Source of the DNA: Planctomycetaceae bacterium
GTDB taxonomy: Bacteria > Planctomycetota > Phycisphaerae > SM23-33
Reading direction: 5' to 3'
Length of the DNA stretch: 64,000 nt
NCBI GenBank assembly: GCA_039680605.1
Contig: JBDKTA010000005.1
Span: 5,141-69,140, forward strand
Every line of letters begins with the position of its first letter. Position 1 is the stretch's first letter. Below the pieces are notes generated by a model. The model searched no databases, had not been told where the DNA came from, and saw nothing but the letters and a program-made list of their open reading frames with translations. The translations under genes were made by a program, and so were the position numbers. This document shows, piece by piece, positions 46,412-55,613 of this stretch.

Positions 46412-48406
46412 ATGAAAACTGCAATGATATCATTGGCTTTAAATCTTGTATTGGCCGCCGGGGCGGGCGCGGCGGAGATTTGCGTCAGCCCCGCCGGCAA
46501 CGACGCCAACGCCGGCACGAAGGATAAACCCCTCGCCACGCCGACGGCCGCTCGCGATGCGGTGCGGAAACTCATCGCGGCCGGGCTTAAGGAGAACATC
46601 ACCGTCCTGATTGCGCCGGGCGTGTACTACCTGCCGCAGGGGCTGGCGCTGGAATCCGCCGACAGCGGCAGCGAGGCCTTCAGCGTCACCTACGCCGGTG
46701 CCGACGAAGCCCACGCGCCGGTGCTCCTCGGCGGCGGGCCGGTCACGAACCTCAAACCGTACAAGGACAAGATCTGGATCGGCGACCTGCCGCAAGGCGC
46801 GCAGCCGAAAGTCGCCACCGAGAACAACCAGTGGCTCACGCTCGCTCGCGACCCCAACGACGGCTACCACCGCACGCAGGCGGCTTCGGGCGAAAAAGCC
46901 TTCATCTACAAGGGTGACCTCTTTGGCGCCATGGCCGGGCAGGATGTTTCCAGCGGCTGGGTGAATGTCTGGCCGGGGCAGGGATGGTTCAATCACGTCT
47001 GGCAGATCACCGCGCTGGACCCCAAGACCCGCAGCGTCGGCTTCGTGCGCACCAGCGGCATGGGCGGGCCGGTCGCGGCCAACAACCGCTTCTACCTCAT
47101 GAACCTGCTGGGCCTGCTCGACAAGAGCGGCGAGTGCGTGATCGACGTCGCCGCGGGCAAGTTCTACGTCTGGCCGGGCCGGGGCGAGGCGGCAGAGAAC
47201 GCTTACGCCGTCGTCACGGCAGAGAACGTCCTCAGCATACGCGGGCGCGACGATGCGCCCGTGCGCAACGTCCACCTGCGCAACCTGGACCTGAGCGTGG
47301 CCGCCGGCGAGGCGGTCTTCATCACCAACGCCCAGGACTGCTCGATCCGCGCCTGCCGCATCGCCAACTGCTGGGGCCAGGGCGTTTCGGTCTGGCAGGC
47401 CAATCGCCGCATCACCATCGCCGACAGCGAGATCGCCTTCACCGGCGACCGCGGCGTGCATCTGCGCGGGGCCAATTGGAAAGGGCCGGACATCAGCAGC
47501 CATCACGTGGTGGAGAACTGCCACATCCATCACGTCGGTCGCGTGGTGCATACGTCGGCCGGCGTGCAGATCTTCCAGAGCGGGCACAACCGCGTCGTAC
47601 ACAACCACATCCACGACAGCCCGCGCTACGGCGCGAGCATCAAGGGCCTGGCGCTGCGGTCGATGAACGAGAGCGACCAGACCAAGGCCCGGCGGTTTGA
47701 ATTGCTGCACGCCCGCAACAACGTGCTGGCGTACAACCACATTCACCACGTCTGCCTCGACAGCGAAGACTGCGGCGCGATGGAGAGCTGGGGGCCGGGC
47801 AAGGACAACGTCTATGATCACAACCTGATCCACGACGTTGGCACGGGGCACGTGCTGCTGATCTGCGGGATCTATCTCGACGATTCGTCGAACTATTTCA
47901 CCGTCACCAACAACGTCGTCTACGCCGTCAACGGGTCGGGGCACATTCAGCAGATCTACGCCAAGGGCATCCACAACACGATCGAGAACAATATTTTCGT
48001 CGCCGGCCGCACGGGCTCGGCCATCCGCTCCAAGAGTTCGGGCGAGGTCGGCTTCCACACGTACCGCCGCAACATCATCTGGTTCGACCAGCCGGACGGC
48101 CCGCTGTTTCAGTTCGACGACTGGGACAAAGACCGCATCACCGAGTGCGATTACAACCTGTACTTCAACATCTCCGGCAAGCTGCGCATCGCGGGGCGGA
48201 CGTCGTACCGCGGCCCCTTCCCCGGCACGTGGACGCAGGCGTACGACAAGCACAGCGTGGTGGCCGATCCGAAGTTCGTCGACGTGTCAAAGCGGGACTA
48301 CCGCCTGCAGGACGATTCGCCGGCGCTGAAGCTGGGGATCAAGTCCGTCGACGTGCGCAGCGCCGGATTGACCGACAAGTTTCCCAAGCGATTGGCACGC
48401 GAATAG
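46412..48406 (+). CDS. Secreted right-handed parallel beta-helix repeat protein (pectate-lyase fold)
   Basis: Signal peptide MKTAMISLALNLVLAAGAGAA. N-terminal motif SPAGNDANAGTKDKPLAT. Repeated N..I..C/H.. beta-helix rungs. Paralogue of 51619-53607. Confidence 0.75.
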   Translation: MKTAMISLALNLVLAAGAGAAEICVSPAGNDANAGTKDKPLATPTAARDAVRKLIAAGLKENITVLIAPGVYYLPQGLALESADSGSEAFSVTYAGADEAHAPVLLGGGPVTNLKPYKDKIWIGDLPQGAQPKVATENNQWLTLARDPNDGYHRTQAASGEKAFIYKGDLFGAMAGQDVSSGWVNVWPGQGWFNHVWQITALDPKTRSVGFVRTSGMGGPVAANNRFYLMNLLGLLDKSGECVIDVAAGKFYVWPGRGEAAENAYAVVTAENVLSIRGRDDAPVRNVHLRNLDLSVAAGEAVFITNAQDCSIRACRIANCWGQGVSVWQANRRITIADSEIAFTGDRGVHLRGANWKGPDISSHHVVENCHIHHVGRVVHTSAGVQIFQSGHNRVVHNHIHDSPRYGASIKGLALRSMNESDQTKARRFELLHARNNVLAYNHIHHVCLDSEDCGAMESWGPGKDNVYDHNLIHDVGTGHVLLICGIYLDDSSNYFTVTNNVVYAVNGSGHIQQIYAKGIHNTIENNIFVAGRTGSAIRSKSSGEVGFHTYRRNIIWFDQPDGPLFQFDDWDKDRITECDYNLYFNISGKLRIAGRTSYRGPFPGTWTQAYDKHSVVADPKFVDVSKRDYRLQDDSPALKLGIKSVDVRSAGLTDKFPKRLARE

Positions 48407-48514
48407 GGTGGCATGGCGACACGCGTTTCTGTTTCACGCGGGTCGCCATGGACGGCTGTGGACGCGCCCCGTGCCTCATGGCGACCCCGGTAAAACTGGT
48501 GTCGCCATGCCACC
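48407..48514. repeat. REP1-family variant palindrome
   Basis: Outer stem GGTGGCATGGCGAC/GTCGCCATGCCACC encloses the hairpins CGCG...CGCG and GGTCGCCATGG...CATGGCGACC. It is in tandem with REP1 copy B. Confidence 0.75.
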
Positions 48515-48532
48515 CGCCGCGGGAGTAGTGAA

Positions 48533-48631
48533 GGGTGCCGTGGCGGGCAGGCCCGAAGGGCCAACAGCCACGATCCCTGATCTTCCGGCCCGTCGTGGCT
48601 GTCGGCCTGAAGGCCTCCCGCCACGGCACCC
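48533..48631. repeat. REP1 compound palindrome, copy B
   Basis: 15-bp outer stem GGGTGCCGTGGCGGG/CCCGCCACGGCACCC. Inner hairpins GGCCC-GAA-GGGCC; AGCCACGA...TCGTGGCT; GGCC-TGAA-GGCC. Confidence 0.85.
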
Positions 48632-48640
48632 GCTCGTTCT

Positions 48641-48679
48641 CGTCCTCGTCGTCGTCCTCGTCGTCGGTTTTCTCTTCTC
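48641..48679. repeat. Inverted copy of the GAC/GAG triplet-repeat core of element c
   Basis: CGTCCTCGTCGTCGTCCTCGTCGTCGGTTTTCTCTTCTC matches the reverse complement of 30961-31007, apart from a 6-nt indel and a few mismatches. Confidence 0.75.
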
Positions 48680-48682
48680 GGA

Positions 48683-51436
48683 CTACCGCTTGGGAATCAT
48701 TCCTACTGATCCCTGCACGGGGTAAGGACACGTGCAACCGCTGGACGCCTCGGGCATCAGCACCATGCCGCCGGCGGGGATGATGTTGATCCAGCAGCCC
48801 GGGCGCGTCGCCGTGGTCAGGTGCTCGCTGGCCGGCGTCGAGAGGTCCGTCATCTGCGGGTACCCGCCGCGATTGAACACCTGCTTGGCCGAAGCGGAAA
48901 CCGCTCCGCAGCCGCCGCCGTTGCGCCCCCACTGCCAGTTGGGCACGGCCTTGCCCGTCTTGAGCTCGTACTGCACCGCGGGGATGAACAGCCGCTCGCC
49001 GACGATGACCGCGCGGTAAGCGTTTTCGCCGTGGCTGCCGTCGGCGGCCTTGGCGCCCGGGCCGGTGTGCTCCATCTTCCACAGCCGATTGCCGCTGGCG
49101 GCGTCGAAGGCCTGCAGGTCGTACTTCAGCATCCCGCGCTTGCCGCCGGCGACGGTGCGCGAGTCGGTGGTGACGACCACGCCCCCGGCGACGCTGAGGA
49201 ACAGCATGTGCTGGGCGGCTTCGAGGTCGGCCTTCTGGCGGTAGACCACCTTGCCGTCGCGCACATCCAGCGCCACCAACACGCCCCCGCCGCTCATCAG
49301 CACGGGCAGGGGCACGCGGCCGGCCGCGTCTTCGCGCGACTTGGGATTCGTGCTCTCGATGAAGTACATCCGCCCATCCGCCACGGCGATGGTCGAGTTG
49401 ACGATCATGCCCTCCTGCGGGCGGTAGGTCCACAGGCGCGTGCCGCTATGGCGATCGACGGCGAAGACGTTCTCGCTGCAGACCATGGGCGAGAGCGGGT
49501 TATACGAAAACTGCCAGGTGCTCTGGCCGATCTCGCGCCGATGCGCCCCGGGGCGGCACAGGCTGCCAAAGAGGGCGTCGCCCACGGTGGCCACATAGCC
49601 CCACTCGCAGGCCTTGCCGCCGATGTCGGCGTTGACGGTCAACTTTTTCTGGCCCGTCCGCACGTCGTAGGCCTCACACGCCCCGCCGGCGGCGATATAG
49701 AGCAGGTCTTCCGCCACGGCCATATTGCCGCAGGCTTTGCTGGTGTCCAGGCGCACGGAATTGGGCAGGGCGTGTTCCCAGAGCATCGCGCCGTTGTACG
49801 AGTCGACGCAGGCCAGGTAGTCGTAGCCGCTGACGAACAGCCGTCCGTCGCGATACAGCGGGGCGGCGGCGCGGTTGTGCCGGTCGGCCATCGTCCGCGG
49901 ACCCGGCAGGCCAAACCACTGGACCGTCATGCCCGCCCCGACCAGCGTCTCGCCGCTGCAGGTGCTGTTGCCCGCGTCGGCGTAGCAGTGCGTCCATTGG
50001 CCCGCGCCTTCCAGCGGGCCGCGAATGACGGCTTTGCCCGCCTCGGTCACCGTCACGCCGCCGCAGGGGCGGGTGACGCGCTGCGCCTCGGCCTGGAAAG
50101 CCGCCGGCGCGTTGAGCACGAGATTGAAAAGGTAGTCGCTGTAGGGCAGCGCGTCGGCCTTGGCCTCATGCACGCTCACGCGGCCGCTCATGCCGCGGGC
50201 GTCCACAACCTTTCTCGCCGCGGCGGCGGCCGGGGCATCGGCGGCGGTCATCACCACCTGCATCTTCGACTGTCGCGCGACTTCGCACGCCAGTTCGGCC
50301 GGCCCGCCGATCACCAGCGCGTAGCCTTTGTCGGTCTGGGCCTTGGCCAGGGCGTCCTTGGCGAGGGCGGCGAACTTCTCGTCAGACGCGGCAGCCTTGG
50401 GCGCCGCGGCCTGGACTACCGTGCCCGCGCCGCTGCCGGGGGCGAAGCAGTAGATCTTGCCTGCATCGGTGCTGACCAGGAGCTTGCCGCCAGCCACCGC
50501 CAGCGACCAGGCTTTGCCCTCGACCTTGAGCGTCCAGATCTTGTTCTTTGCCTTGAAGGCCGCCACCTCGCCGTCGCCGCCGGCGATGCGGATTTCGTCG
50601 GTGCCGATGAAGCAGTACGGATATGCCGCCGCACAGGGCTCGTGCTTGAGGATCGAACCGGCCGCCGGCGTGGCGACCGTGTCGACCGCGCCGCCGGCCG
50701 TGCGACCCGCCGGGGCGAACACCTGCGTCCCCTGCAGGCGCAGATATCCCTGGGCCGCCACCGCGACGGACTTCGAGGAGAGCTTCTTGCCGCTGGCGAT
50801 GTCCGCCGTCACCACATAAACGCCGCCGCCCTGGTTGGGAAAGAGCCCCGCGCAGAAATACGCCACGTTGCCGCTGACGAGCACGCTGGTGCGCACCGGC
50901 CAGAGACTGATGATGCGCCCGTTGCCGGCGATGCGCCGGTCCTGGTCGGTCGCGCGGAGCTTCCAGATCAGCGTTCCATCGGCGGCCTTGAGTGCGTACG
51001 CGCAGCCGTCGTCGCTGGCGAAGAGCACCTTGTCGCCAACGACCGTCGGCGCCAGGCGCACGGGGCCTTCCGTGGCGAACGCCCACAACTCTTTGCCGGT
51101 GGCGGCGTCGAGGCAGCGGACGTTGTCGTCGGCCGATGAGCCGAAGAACACGCGCCCGCCGGCGGAGACCACCTGGAACGCGCGGTCGTACGGACAGTCG
51201 GGGGCGAGGTTCTTCTTGGAATGAAAGACGTCATCCTTGGCCGGGTCCGGCCAGGCCGGCGCGGGGGGCATCGCGGCGGTGTACACCCACTGCAGGGCAA
51301 GGGGCCCGGGAAGCTTGTCGGTCGATTCGCCCGTTCGGGCGGCATCGTGCATGTACGTGGGCCAATCCTCAGCCTGCAGAGGCAGGGCGTTTACAAGCAG
51401 AGCGACCAGCACCGCGGGCAAGAACTTCTGAACCAT
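48683..51436 (-). CDS. Secreted PQQ-like (BamB-type) beta-propeller protein with an inserted Rossmann/SAM-methyltransferase-like segment
   Basis: Signal peptide. DWPTYMHDAARTG start typical of PQQ-propeller repeats. The middle segment YALVIGGPAELACEVARQSKMQVVM...LFNLVLN is MTase-like. Paralogue of 58635-62594. Confidence 0.75.
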   Translation of the reverse strand: MVQKFLPAVLVALLVNALPLQAEDWPTYMHDAARTGESTDKLPGPLALQWVYTAAMPPAPAWPDPAKDDVFHSKKNLAPDCPYDRAFQVVSAGGRVFFGSSADDNVRCLDAATGKELWAFATEGPVRLAPTVVGDKVLFASDDGCAYALKAADGTLIWKLRATDQDRRIAGNGRIISLWPVRTSVLVSGNVAYFCAGLFPNQGGGVYVVTADIASGKKLSSKSVAVAAQGYLRLQGTQVFAPAGRTAGGAVDTVATPAAGSILKHEPCAAAYPYCFIGTDEIRIAGGDGEVAAFKAKNKIWTLKVEGKAWSLAVAGGKLLVSTDAGKIYCFAPGSGAGTVVQAAAPKAAASDEKFAALAKDALAKAQTDKGYALVIGGPAELACEVARQSKMQVVMTAADAPAAAAARKVVDARGMSGRVSVHEAKADALPYSDYLFNLVLNAPAAFQAEAQRVTRPCGGVTVTEAGKAVIRGPLEGAGQWTHCYADAGNSTCSGETLVGAGMTVQWFGLPGPRTMADRHNRAAAPLYRDGRLFVSGYDYLACVDSYNGAMLWEHALPNSVRLDTSKACGNMAVAEDLLYIAAGGACEAYDVRTGQKKLTVNADIGGKACEWGYVATVGDALFGSLCRPGAHRREIGQSTWQFSYNPLSPMVCSENVFAVDRHSGTRLWTYRPQEGMIVNSTIAVADGRMYFIESTNPKSREDAAGRVPLPVLMSGGGVLVALDVRDGKVVYRQKADLEAAQHMLFLSVAGGVVVTTDSRTVAGGKRGMLKYDLQAFDAASGNRLWKMEHTGPGAKAADGSHGENAYRAVIVGERLFIPAVQYELKTGKAVPNWQWGRNGGGCGAVSASAKQVFNRGGYPQMTDLSTPASEHLTTATRPGCWINIIPAGGMVLMPEASSGCTCPYPVQGSVGMIPKR

Positions 51437-51540
51437 CTCCAGTCCTTTCGAAAAGCCCCCCAGCGATTATACAGGTATTGAACCACAGACGACATGGCAG
51501 CGACCGCGGAGGTTTGGGCGCGGACTATCTGCGTTACTGT

Positions 51541-51611
51541 TCCTGTTCTTTGTTGTTTAATTGTTTTGTCGTTTGTTTCGGATTTGTCTTTTCGTATTTC
51601 GAATTTGCTGG
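51541..51611. repeat. T-rich low-complexity tract resembling the right arm of element a
   Basis: TCCTGTTCTTTGTTGTTT...GTCGTTTGTTTCGGATTTG...TATTTCGAATTTG resembles 27781-27866. It ends 8 nt before the start codon at 51619. Confidence 0.6.
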
Positions 51612-51618
51612 AGCAGAT

Positions 51619-53607
51619 ATGTCCCCCCTGAATCTCTATGTCTCGCCGACGGGCAGCGACCGCAACTGCGGCAGCGAAGCCGAACCTTTCCGCACGCCCG
51701 AGGCCGCCCGCGACGCCCTGCGCAGGAAGAAGAACCGCGCTGGTGCGGTGGTGTATCTGCGCGGGGGCATCTATGAGCTCAACAAAAGCTTCACGCTCGA
51801 CCGCCGCGACGGCGGCAGCGCCAAATCGCCCATCACGTGGCGGTCGTACCCCGGCGAGCAGGCGCGATTCGTCGGCGGGCGAAAGCTGCCCGGCGACATG
51901 TTCAAGCCGGTTACCAGCAAGGCGATTCTCTCGCGCATCATCAGCAAGGCCGCCCGCCGCAAGGTCGTGCAGATCGACCTGCGCAAGTGCGGCATTACGG
52001 ACTTCGGCGAGTTAGCAGTGCGGGGCTTCGGCGGCGGCTGCAAGGCGGCGCACCTGGAGCTGTTCTTCAACGGCCTGCCCATGCAGCTCGCGCGCTATCC
52101 CAACGACGGCTACCTGCGGATCTCCGGCGTCGAGTCCAAAACCACCTTCAAGACCCGAGGCCGCCGCATGGCGCTGTGGTCCAAGGCCGAAGACCTCTGG
52201 CTGCACGGCAACTGGGACTACATCTGGGCCGACCTGTACGTGCCGGTGGCTGGCCTCGATGCAAAGAAGCGCACGATCACCGTCGCCCGCGAGCAGGAGA
52301 TGAAGAAAGGCCGCCCGTTTTACGCCGTCAACCTGCTCGAAGAGATCGACGCCCCCGGCGAGTGGTACCTCGACCGCAAGAGCGGCCTGCTGTACTTCTG
52401 GCCGCCTGCTGACCCGCGCAAGGCGGATGTTGTCGTTTCGGTGCTGAAGGAGGAACTGCTGCGCGTCGAGGGCGCGGCGCACCTGCGATTTGAGGACCTG
52501 ACCTTCGAGGTCGGCCGGGCGAACCTGGTCAGGGTGCAAAAGGGCGACGACGTGGTCTTCACCCGCTGCACGATCAAGAACGCCGGCATCGAGGGCGGGT
52601 CGATCCACGGCCGCGGCTGCGGGCTGACCGAGTGCGAAGTCGCCTGGTGCGGTAACGCGGGCATTTCGCTGCACGGCGGCGACCGGCCCAAGCTCATCCG
52701 CGGCGACAACTTCGTGACCCACTGCCGCATGCACCACTTCGGGCGCTGGTGCAAGACGTACACGCCTGCCGTGGCGTTCGAGGGCGTCGGGCATACCGTC
52801 GCGCACAACGAGTTCAGCGAAGGCCCGCACGCGGCGGTGCTGTTCGGCGGCAACGACCACCGCGTCGAGTACAACCACATTCATCACGTGGGGCAGTACG
52901 CCAGCAACGGCGGGGCGATCTACATCGGCCTGGGCTGGGACCAGCGGGGCAACCTGATCCGCTACAACTACCTGCACGACCTGAAGGGGCGCATCCCCGG
53001 CGGCGAGTACGGGATCATGGCGATTTATCTCGACGACTGCAACAGCGGCAACACGGTGCATGGCAATATCGTCTCCGACGTGGTGGGCTTCGGCCTGCTG
53101 ATGGGCGGCGGGCGCGACAACATCATCACCAACAACATCTTCGTCCGCTGCGGCGAGGCGTTCGGCGCCGACAGCCGCGGCCTCGAGCGGATCATCGACG
53201 AGACCAACAGCCACTGGAACCTGCTGCGGTGGATGAAGGGCAATGGCATCAATCATAAGACCGAGCCGTGGGCGAGCGCCTACCCCAAGCTGGCGCGAAT
53301 CCCCGACTCGTGGGAAGAAATCCAGAAAGGCCGCTGGCGCTACCCCGAGGGCTGCGTGTTCTCGCGCAACCTCGGATGGGACAACAAGAAGTTCATCCAC
53401 ACCGAGAACAGCGGCGGCACCGGCACGCTCAAGGCCTTCGCCCAGGTCAAGGACAACATCGAGAACGCGGATCCGTGCTTCGTCGATCAAGCCGGCGGCA
53501 ACGTCGCCCTGCGCGACGACAGCCCGGCCTGGAAGATCAAAGGCTTCAAGCGCATCCCGGTGGAAAAAATCGGCCCGCAGACTGGAAAAGAGCCGCGCGT
53601 GGGGTGA
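51619..53607 (+). CDS. Right-handed parallel beta-helix repeat protein
   Basis: ATG 51619 follows a GGAG RBS. MSPLNLYVSPTGSDRNCGSEAEPFRT N-terminal motif and beta-helix rungs (NHIHHVGQY...). The upstream 209 aa of the track ORF overlap the divergent gene and are R/P-rich. Confidence 0.75.
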   Translation: MSPLNLYVSPTGSDRNCGSEAEPFRTPEAARDALRRKKNRAGAVVYLRGGIYELNKSFTLDRRDGGSAKSPITWRSYPGEQARFVGGRKLPGDMFKPVTSKAILSRIISKAARRKVVQIDLRKCGITDFGELAVRGFGGGCKAAHLELFFNGLPMQLARYPNDGYLRISGVESKTTFKTRGRRMALWSKAEDLWLHGNWDYIWADLYVPVAGLDAKKRTITVAREQEMKKGRPFYAVNLLEEIDAPGEWYLDRKSGLLYFWPPADPRKADVVVSVLKEELLRVEGAAHLRFEDLTFEVGRANLVRVQKGDDVVFTRCTIKNAGIEGGSIHGRGCGLTECEVAWCGNAGISLHGGDRPKLIRGDNFVTHCRMHHFGRWCKTYTPAVAFEGVGHTVAHNEFSEGPHAAVLFGGNDHRVEYNHIHHVGQYASNGGAIYIGLGWDQRGNLIRYNYLHDLKGRIPGGEYGIMAIYLDDCNSGNTVHGNIVSDVVGFGLLMGGGRDNIITNNIFVRCGEAFGADSRGLERIIDETNSHWNLLRWMKGNGINHKTEPWASAYPKLARIPDSWEEIQKGRWRYPEGCVFSRNLGWDNKKFIHTENSGGTGTLKAFAQVKDNIENADPCFVDQAGGNVALRDDSPAWKIKGFKRIPVEKIGPQTGKEPRVG

Positions 53608-53651
53608 ATCAGCGGCCGAGCTCTTGCCGGGCATAGCTCGCGGAGCGGAGA

Positions 53652-53727
53652 AGGATGCTCGCATACACCTGTATGGCGTCCCCGGAGCGGGCGGAGCGGG
53701 ATTCGCCCTTGAAATGTTAATTCGCCG
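53652..53727. repeat. Short dispersed repeat (copy 1)
   Basis: AGGATGC..ACCTGTATGGCGTCCCCGGA...GAAATGTTAATTCGCC is shared with 55529-55585. A CCGGATAA motif follows at 53746-53753. Confidence 0.6.
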
Positions 53728-55021
53728 GGCCATTATATGGTTCCCCCGGATAATAGCAGCTGCCAAAGGAAAGGTGATCGACGTGGCAATCAGTCAGCAG
53801 GACAGACAGCAGATTCGCGAACTCGCGCGGCAGTATAAAGAGGTAGCTTGCCTGGATGTTCACGCCCGCACCATGAAGGACTGGCAGCGGCTCAATGGCC
53901 TGCGCCCGGTGCGGCCGATGGTGATGATCGACCAGATCTGCTGGCACGAGATGAACGTCAACGACGAGTTGACCGCGCGGTGCGAAGACCCGTTCTTGCG
54001 CGGCCTCGAGTGGGGCATGCGGGCCTCGCTCTACAAGTGGAAGCACTTCCCTGCCGACATGGCGTTCTATCCGTTCCTGCAGATACCCAAGGTCTACTCG
54101 ATGACCTCCATCGGCGTCGATACGCAGGTCAGCTCCGACGATGCGCTGCATAGCGGCGCGCAGAGCCACTTGTTCCAGGACCAGTTGGCCGACGACGCCG
54201 CACTGGCCAAGCTCAAACACGTCACCGTCCGCTTCAACGACCAGGCTACAGCCCAGCGCGAGAACCTGGTCAACGAGCTCGTCGGCGACATCATGCCCGT
54301 CAAGATGTCCGGCATGGCGATCTGGGCGGCTGTCTGGGACCGGATCGTCTTCTGGCGCGGCGCCACGCCGGTCCTGTACGACCTGGCGGATCGGCCGGAG
54401 TTCCTCCACCGCCTGATGCGGCGGCTGATGGAGATCGAGATGGACACGCTCGATCAACTCGAGCAGCAGAGCCTGCTGGAACCCGAGCCCGGCGTCATCC
54501 ACTGCGTGGGCGCCTACAGCGACGAACTGCCGGCGGCGGGGTTCGATCCCGCCCACGTGCGGGCCAAGGATTGCTGGGCAGCCGGGGCGGCACAGATCTT
54601 TTCGGAAGTGTCGCCGGCGATGCACGATGAGTTCGAGATCGCTTACCTCAAGCCGTACCTGGAGCGGTTCGGGCTGGTCAACTACGGCTGCTGCGAACCG
54701 TTGCACCGCAAGATCGACATCATCCGCAAGATCCGCAACGTCCGCATGATCTCGGTCAGCCCGTGGGCGCAGGTCGAGGTCGCCGCCCAGAGCATGGGTC
54801 GCGATTTCGTCATGGCCCGCAAGAACAATCCCTCATTCGTGGCCATGGATACCTTCGACGAGCGGCTGGTGGTCGATGAAGTCAAGGAAACGCTGCGCGC
54901 GACGACGGCCAGCGGCACGCCGTGTGCCTTCATTCTCAAAGACATCACGACCGTCCGCAACGAGCCCCATCGCCTGACGCGCTGGTATCAGGCCGTCAAG
55001 GCCGCCATCGAGAACCACTGA
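53714..55021 (+). CDS. URO-D/MtaA-like family protein
   Basis: Colinear in length and pattern with URO-D-like TIM-barrel proteins (VNYGCCEPLH...ISVSPW...CAFILKDITTV). The start is uncertain (ATG 53714, GTG 53774 or GTG 53783 after AAGGAAAGG). The track ORF's first ~157 aa overlap the previous gene. Confidence 0.55.
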   Translation: MLIRRAIIWFPRIIAAAKGKVIDVAISQQDRQQIRELARQYKEVACLDVHARTMKDWQRLNGLRPVRPMVMIDQICWHEMNVNDELTARCEDPFLRGLEWGMRASLYKWKHFPADMAFYPFLQIPKVYSMTSIGVDTQVSSDDALHSGAQSHLFQDQLADDAALAKLKHVTVRFNDQATAQRENLVNELVGDIMPVKMSGMAIWAAVWDRIVFWRGATPVLYDLADRPEFLHRLMRRLMEIEMDTLDQLEQQSLLEPEPGVIHCVGAYSDELPAAGFDPAHVRAKDCWAAGAAQIFSEVSPAMHDEFEIAYLKPYLERFGLVNYGCCEPLHRKIDIIRKIRNVRMISVSPWAQVEVAAQSMGRDFVMARKNNPSFVAMDTFDERLVVDEVKETLRATTASGTPCAFILKDITTVRNEPHRLTRWYQAVKAAIENH

Positions 55022-55083
55022 GCGCATAGGCCTCTTCGCCAGGGGATATGCCGGACGAGCGGCAAGGCAGGCAGCGGCCTGGG

Positions 55084-55107
55084 TTATCCGGGTTAAGTTA
55101 TCCGGGG
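55084..55107. repeat. Tandem TTATCCGGG motifs, inverted relative to CCCGGATAA at 55553-55561
   Basis: TTATCCGGG at 55084-55092 and TTATCCGGGG at 55098-55107 bracket the RAYT remnant together with the inverted copy at 55553-55561. Confidence 0.6.
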
Positions 55108-55169
55108 CCACCTTACAGGTTCTGTGCTTGTAATAGGCGTGACTGCCGGCTGGGAGGCGGCATAGGCAG

Positions 55170-55529
55170 AGTAGCGCGAGTTGTCATTCCGTAGACGTTC
55201 TTCGGCGACGGGCGCGGCTGGTCGGCGAGGCGGCGGATTGGCCGTGGTCGAGCGCGGCCGTGCATACCGGTCGCGTCGCCGGCGGGCTGGCCGCGGGCGA
55301 TTGGCTGCGCGAGCTGACGGCCGGGTGGGTCTGCTCGTGGGAGGAGTACCTTCGCGAGGAAAAAGACGACCAGCCGCTTGCCAAGGCGATCCACCGCAGC
55401 GAGAATACAGGCAGACCGCTGGGGTCGGTGGGGTTCGTCCAGAAGCTCGAGGCCGCCCTGGGCCGCCCCTTGCTCCCCAACCCCGGCGGCCGGCCGTCAA
55501 AGGCCAAGAAGACAAAGAAGACGAAATGA
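55170..55529 (+). pseudogene. 3' remnant of an IS200-like/RAYT transposase gene
   Basis: Encodes ...RRARLVGEAADWPWSSA...TGRPLGSVGFVQKLEAALGRPLLPNPGGRPSKAKK, which is the C-terminal part of RAYT-like proteins. The N-terminal HUH/Tyr catalytic part is absent. Confidence 0.6.
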
Positions 55530-55585
55530 GGATGCGAAAACCTGTATGGTGTCCCGGATAATCCCGCTTCAGATGTGAATTCGCC
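55529..55585. repeat. Short dispersed repeat (copy 2)
   Basis: AGGATGCGAAAACCTGTATGGTGTCCCGGATAA...CAGATGTGAATTCGCC; see 53652-53727. Confidence 0.6.
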
Positions 55586-55613
55586 TCAGGCGTCAAGTAA
55601 CAGGTGCTGATGG

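Noticed and set aside
44538-46415. 625-aa plus-strand ORF
   Set aside because: It is antisense to the GH42 beta-galactosidase gene and has shadow-ORF composition.
46439-48253. 604-aa minus-strand ORF
   Set aside because: It is antisense to the beta-helix gene and has shadow-ORF composition.
48821-51139. 772-aa plus-strand ORF
   Set aside because: It is antisense to the PQQ-propeller gene and has shadow-ORF composition.
50992-51618. N-terminal extension of the 871-aa ORF (50992-53607, plus strand)
   Set aside because: It is antisense to the PQQ-propeller gene, Arg/Pro-rich, and crosses the intergenic low-complexity tract. A proper RBS and ATG lie at 51619.
53243-53713. N-terminal extension of the 592-aa ORF (53243-55021, plus strand)
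   Set aside because: It overlaps the 3' end of the beta-helix gene in another frame and has an R/S/P-rich composition. The family-like sequence starts after about 53714.
52012-53766. 584-aa minus-strand ORF
   Set aside because: It is antisense to the second beta-helix gene and has shadow-ORF composition.
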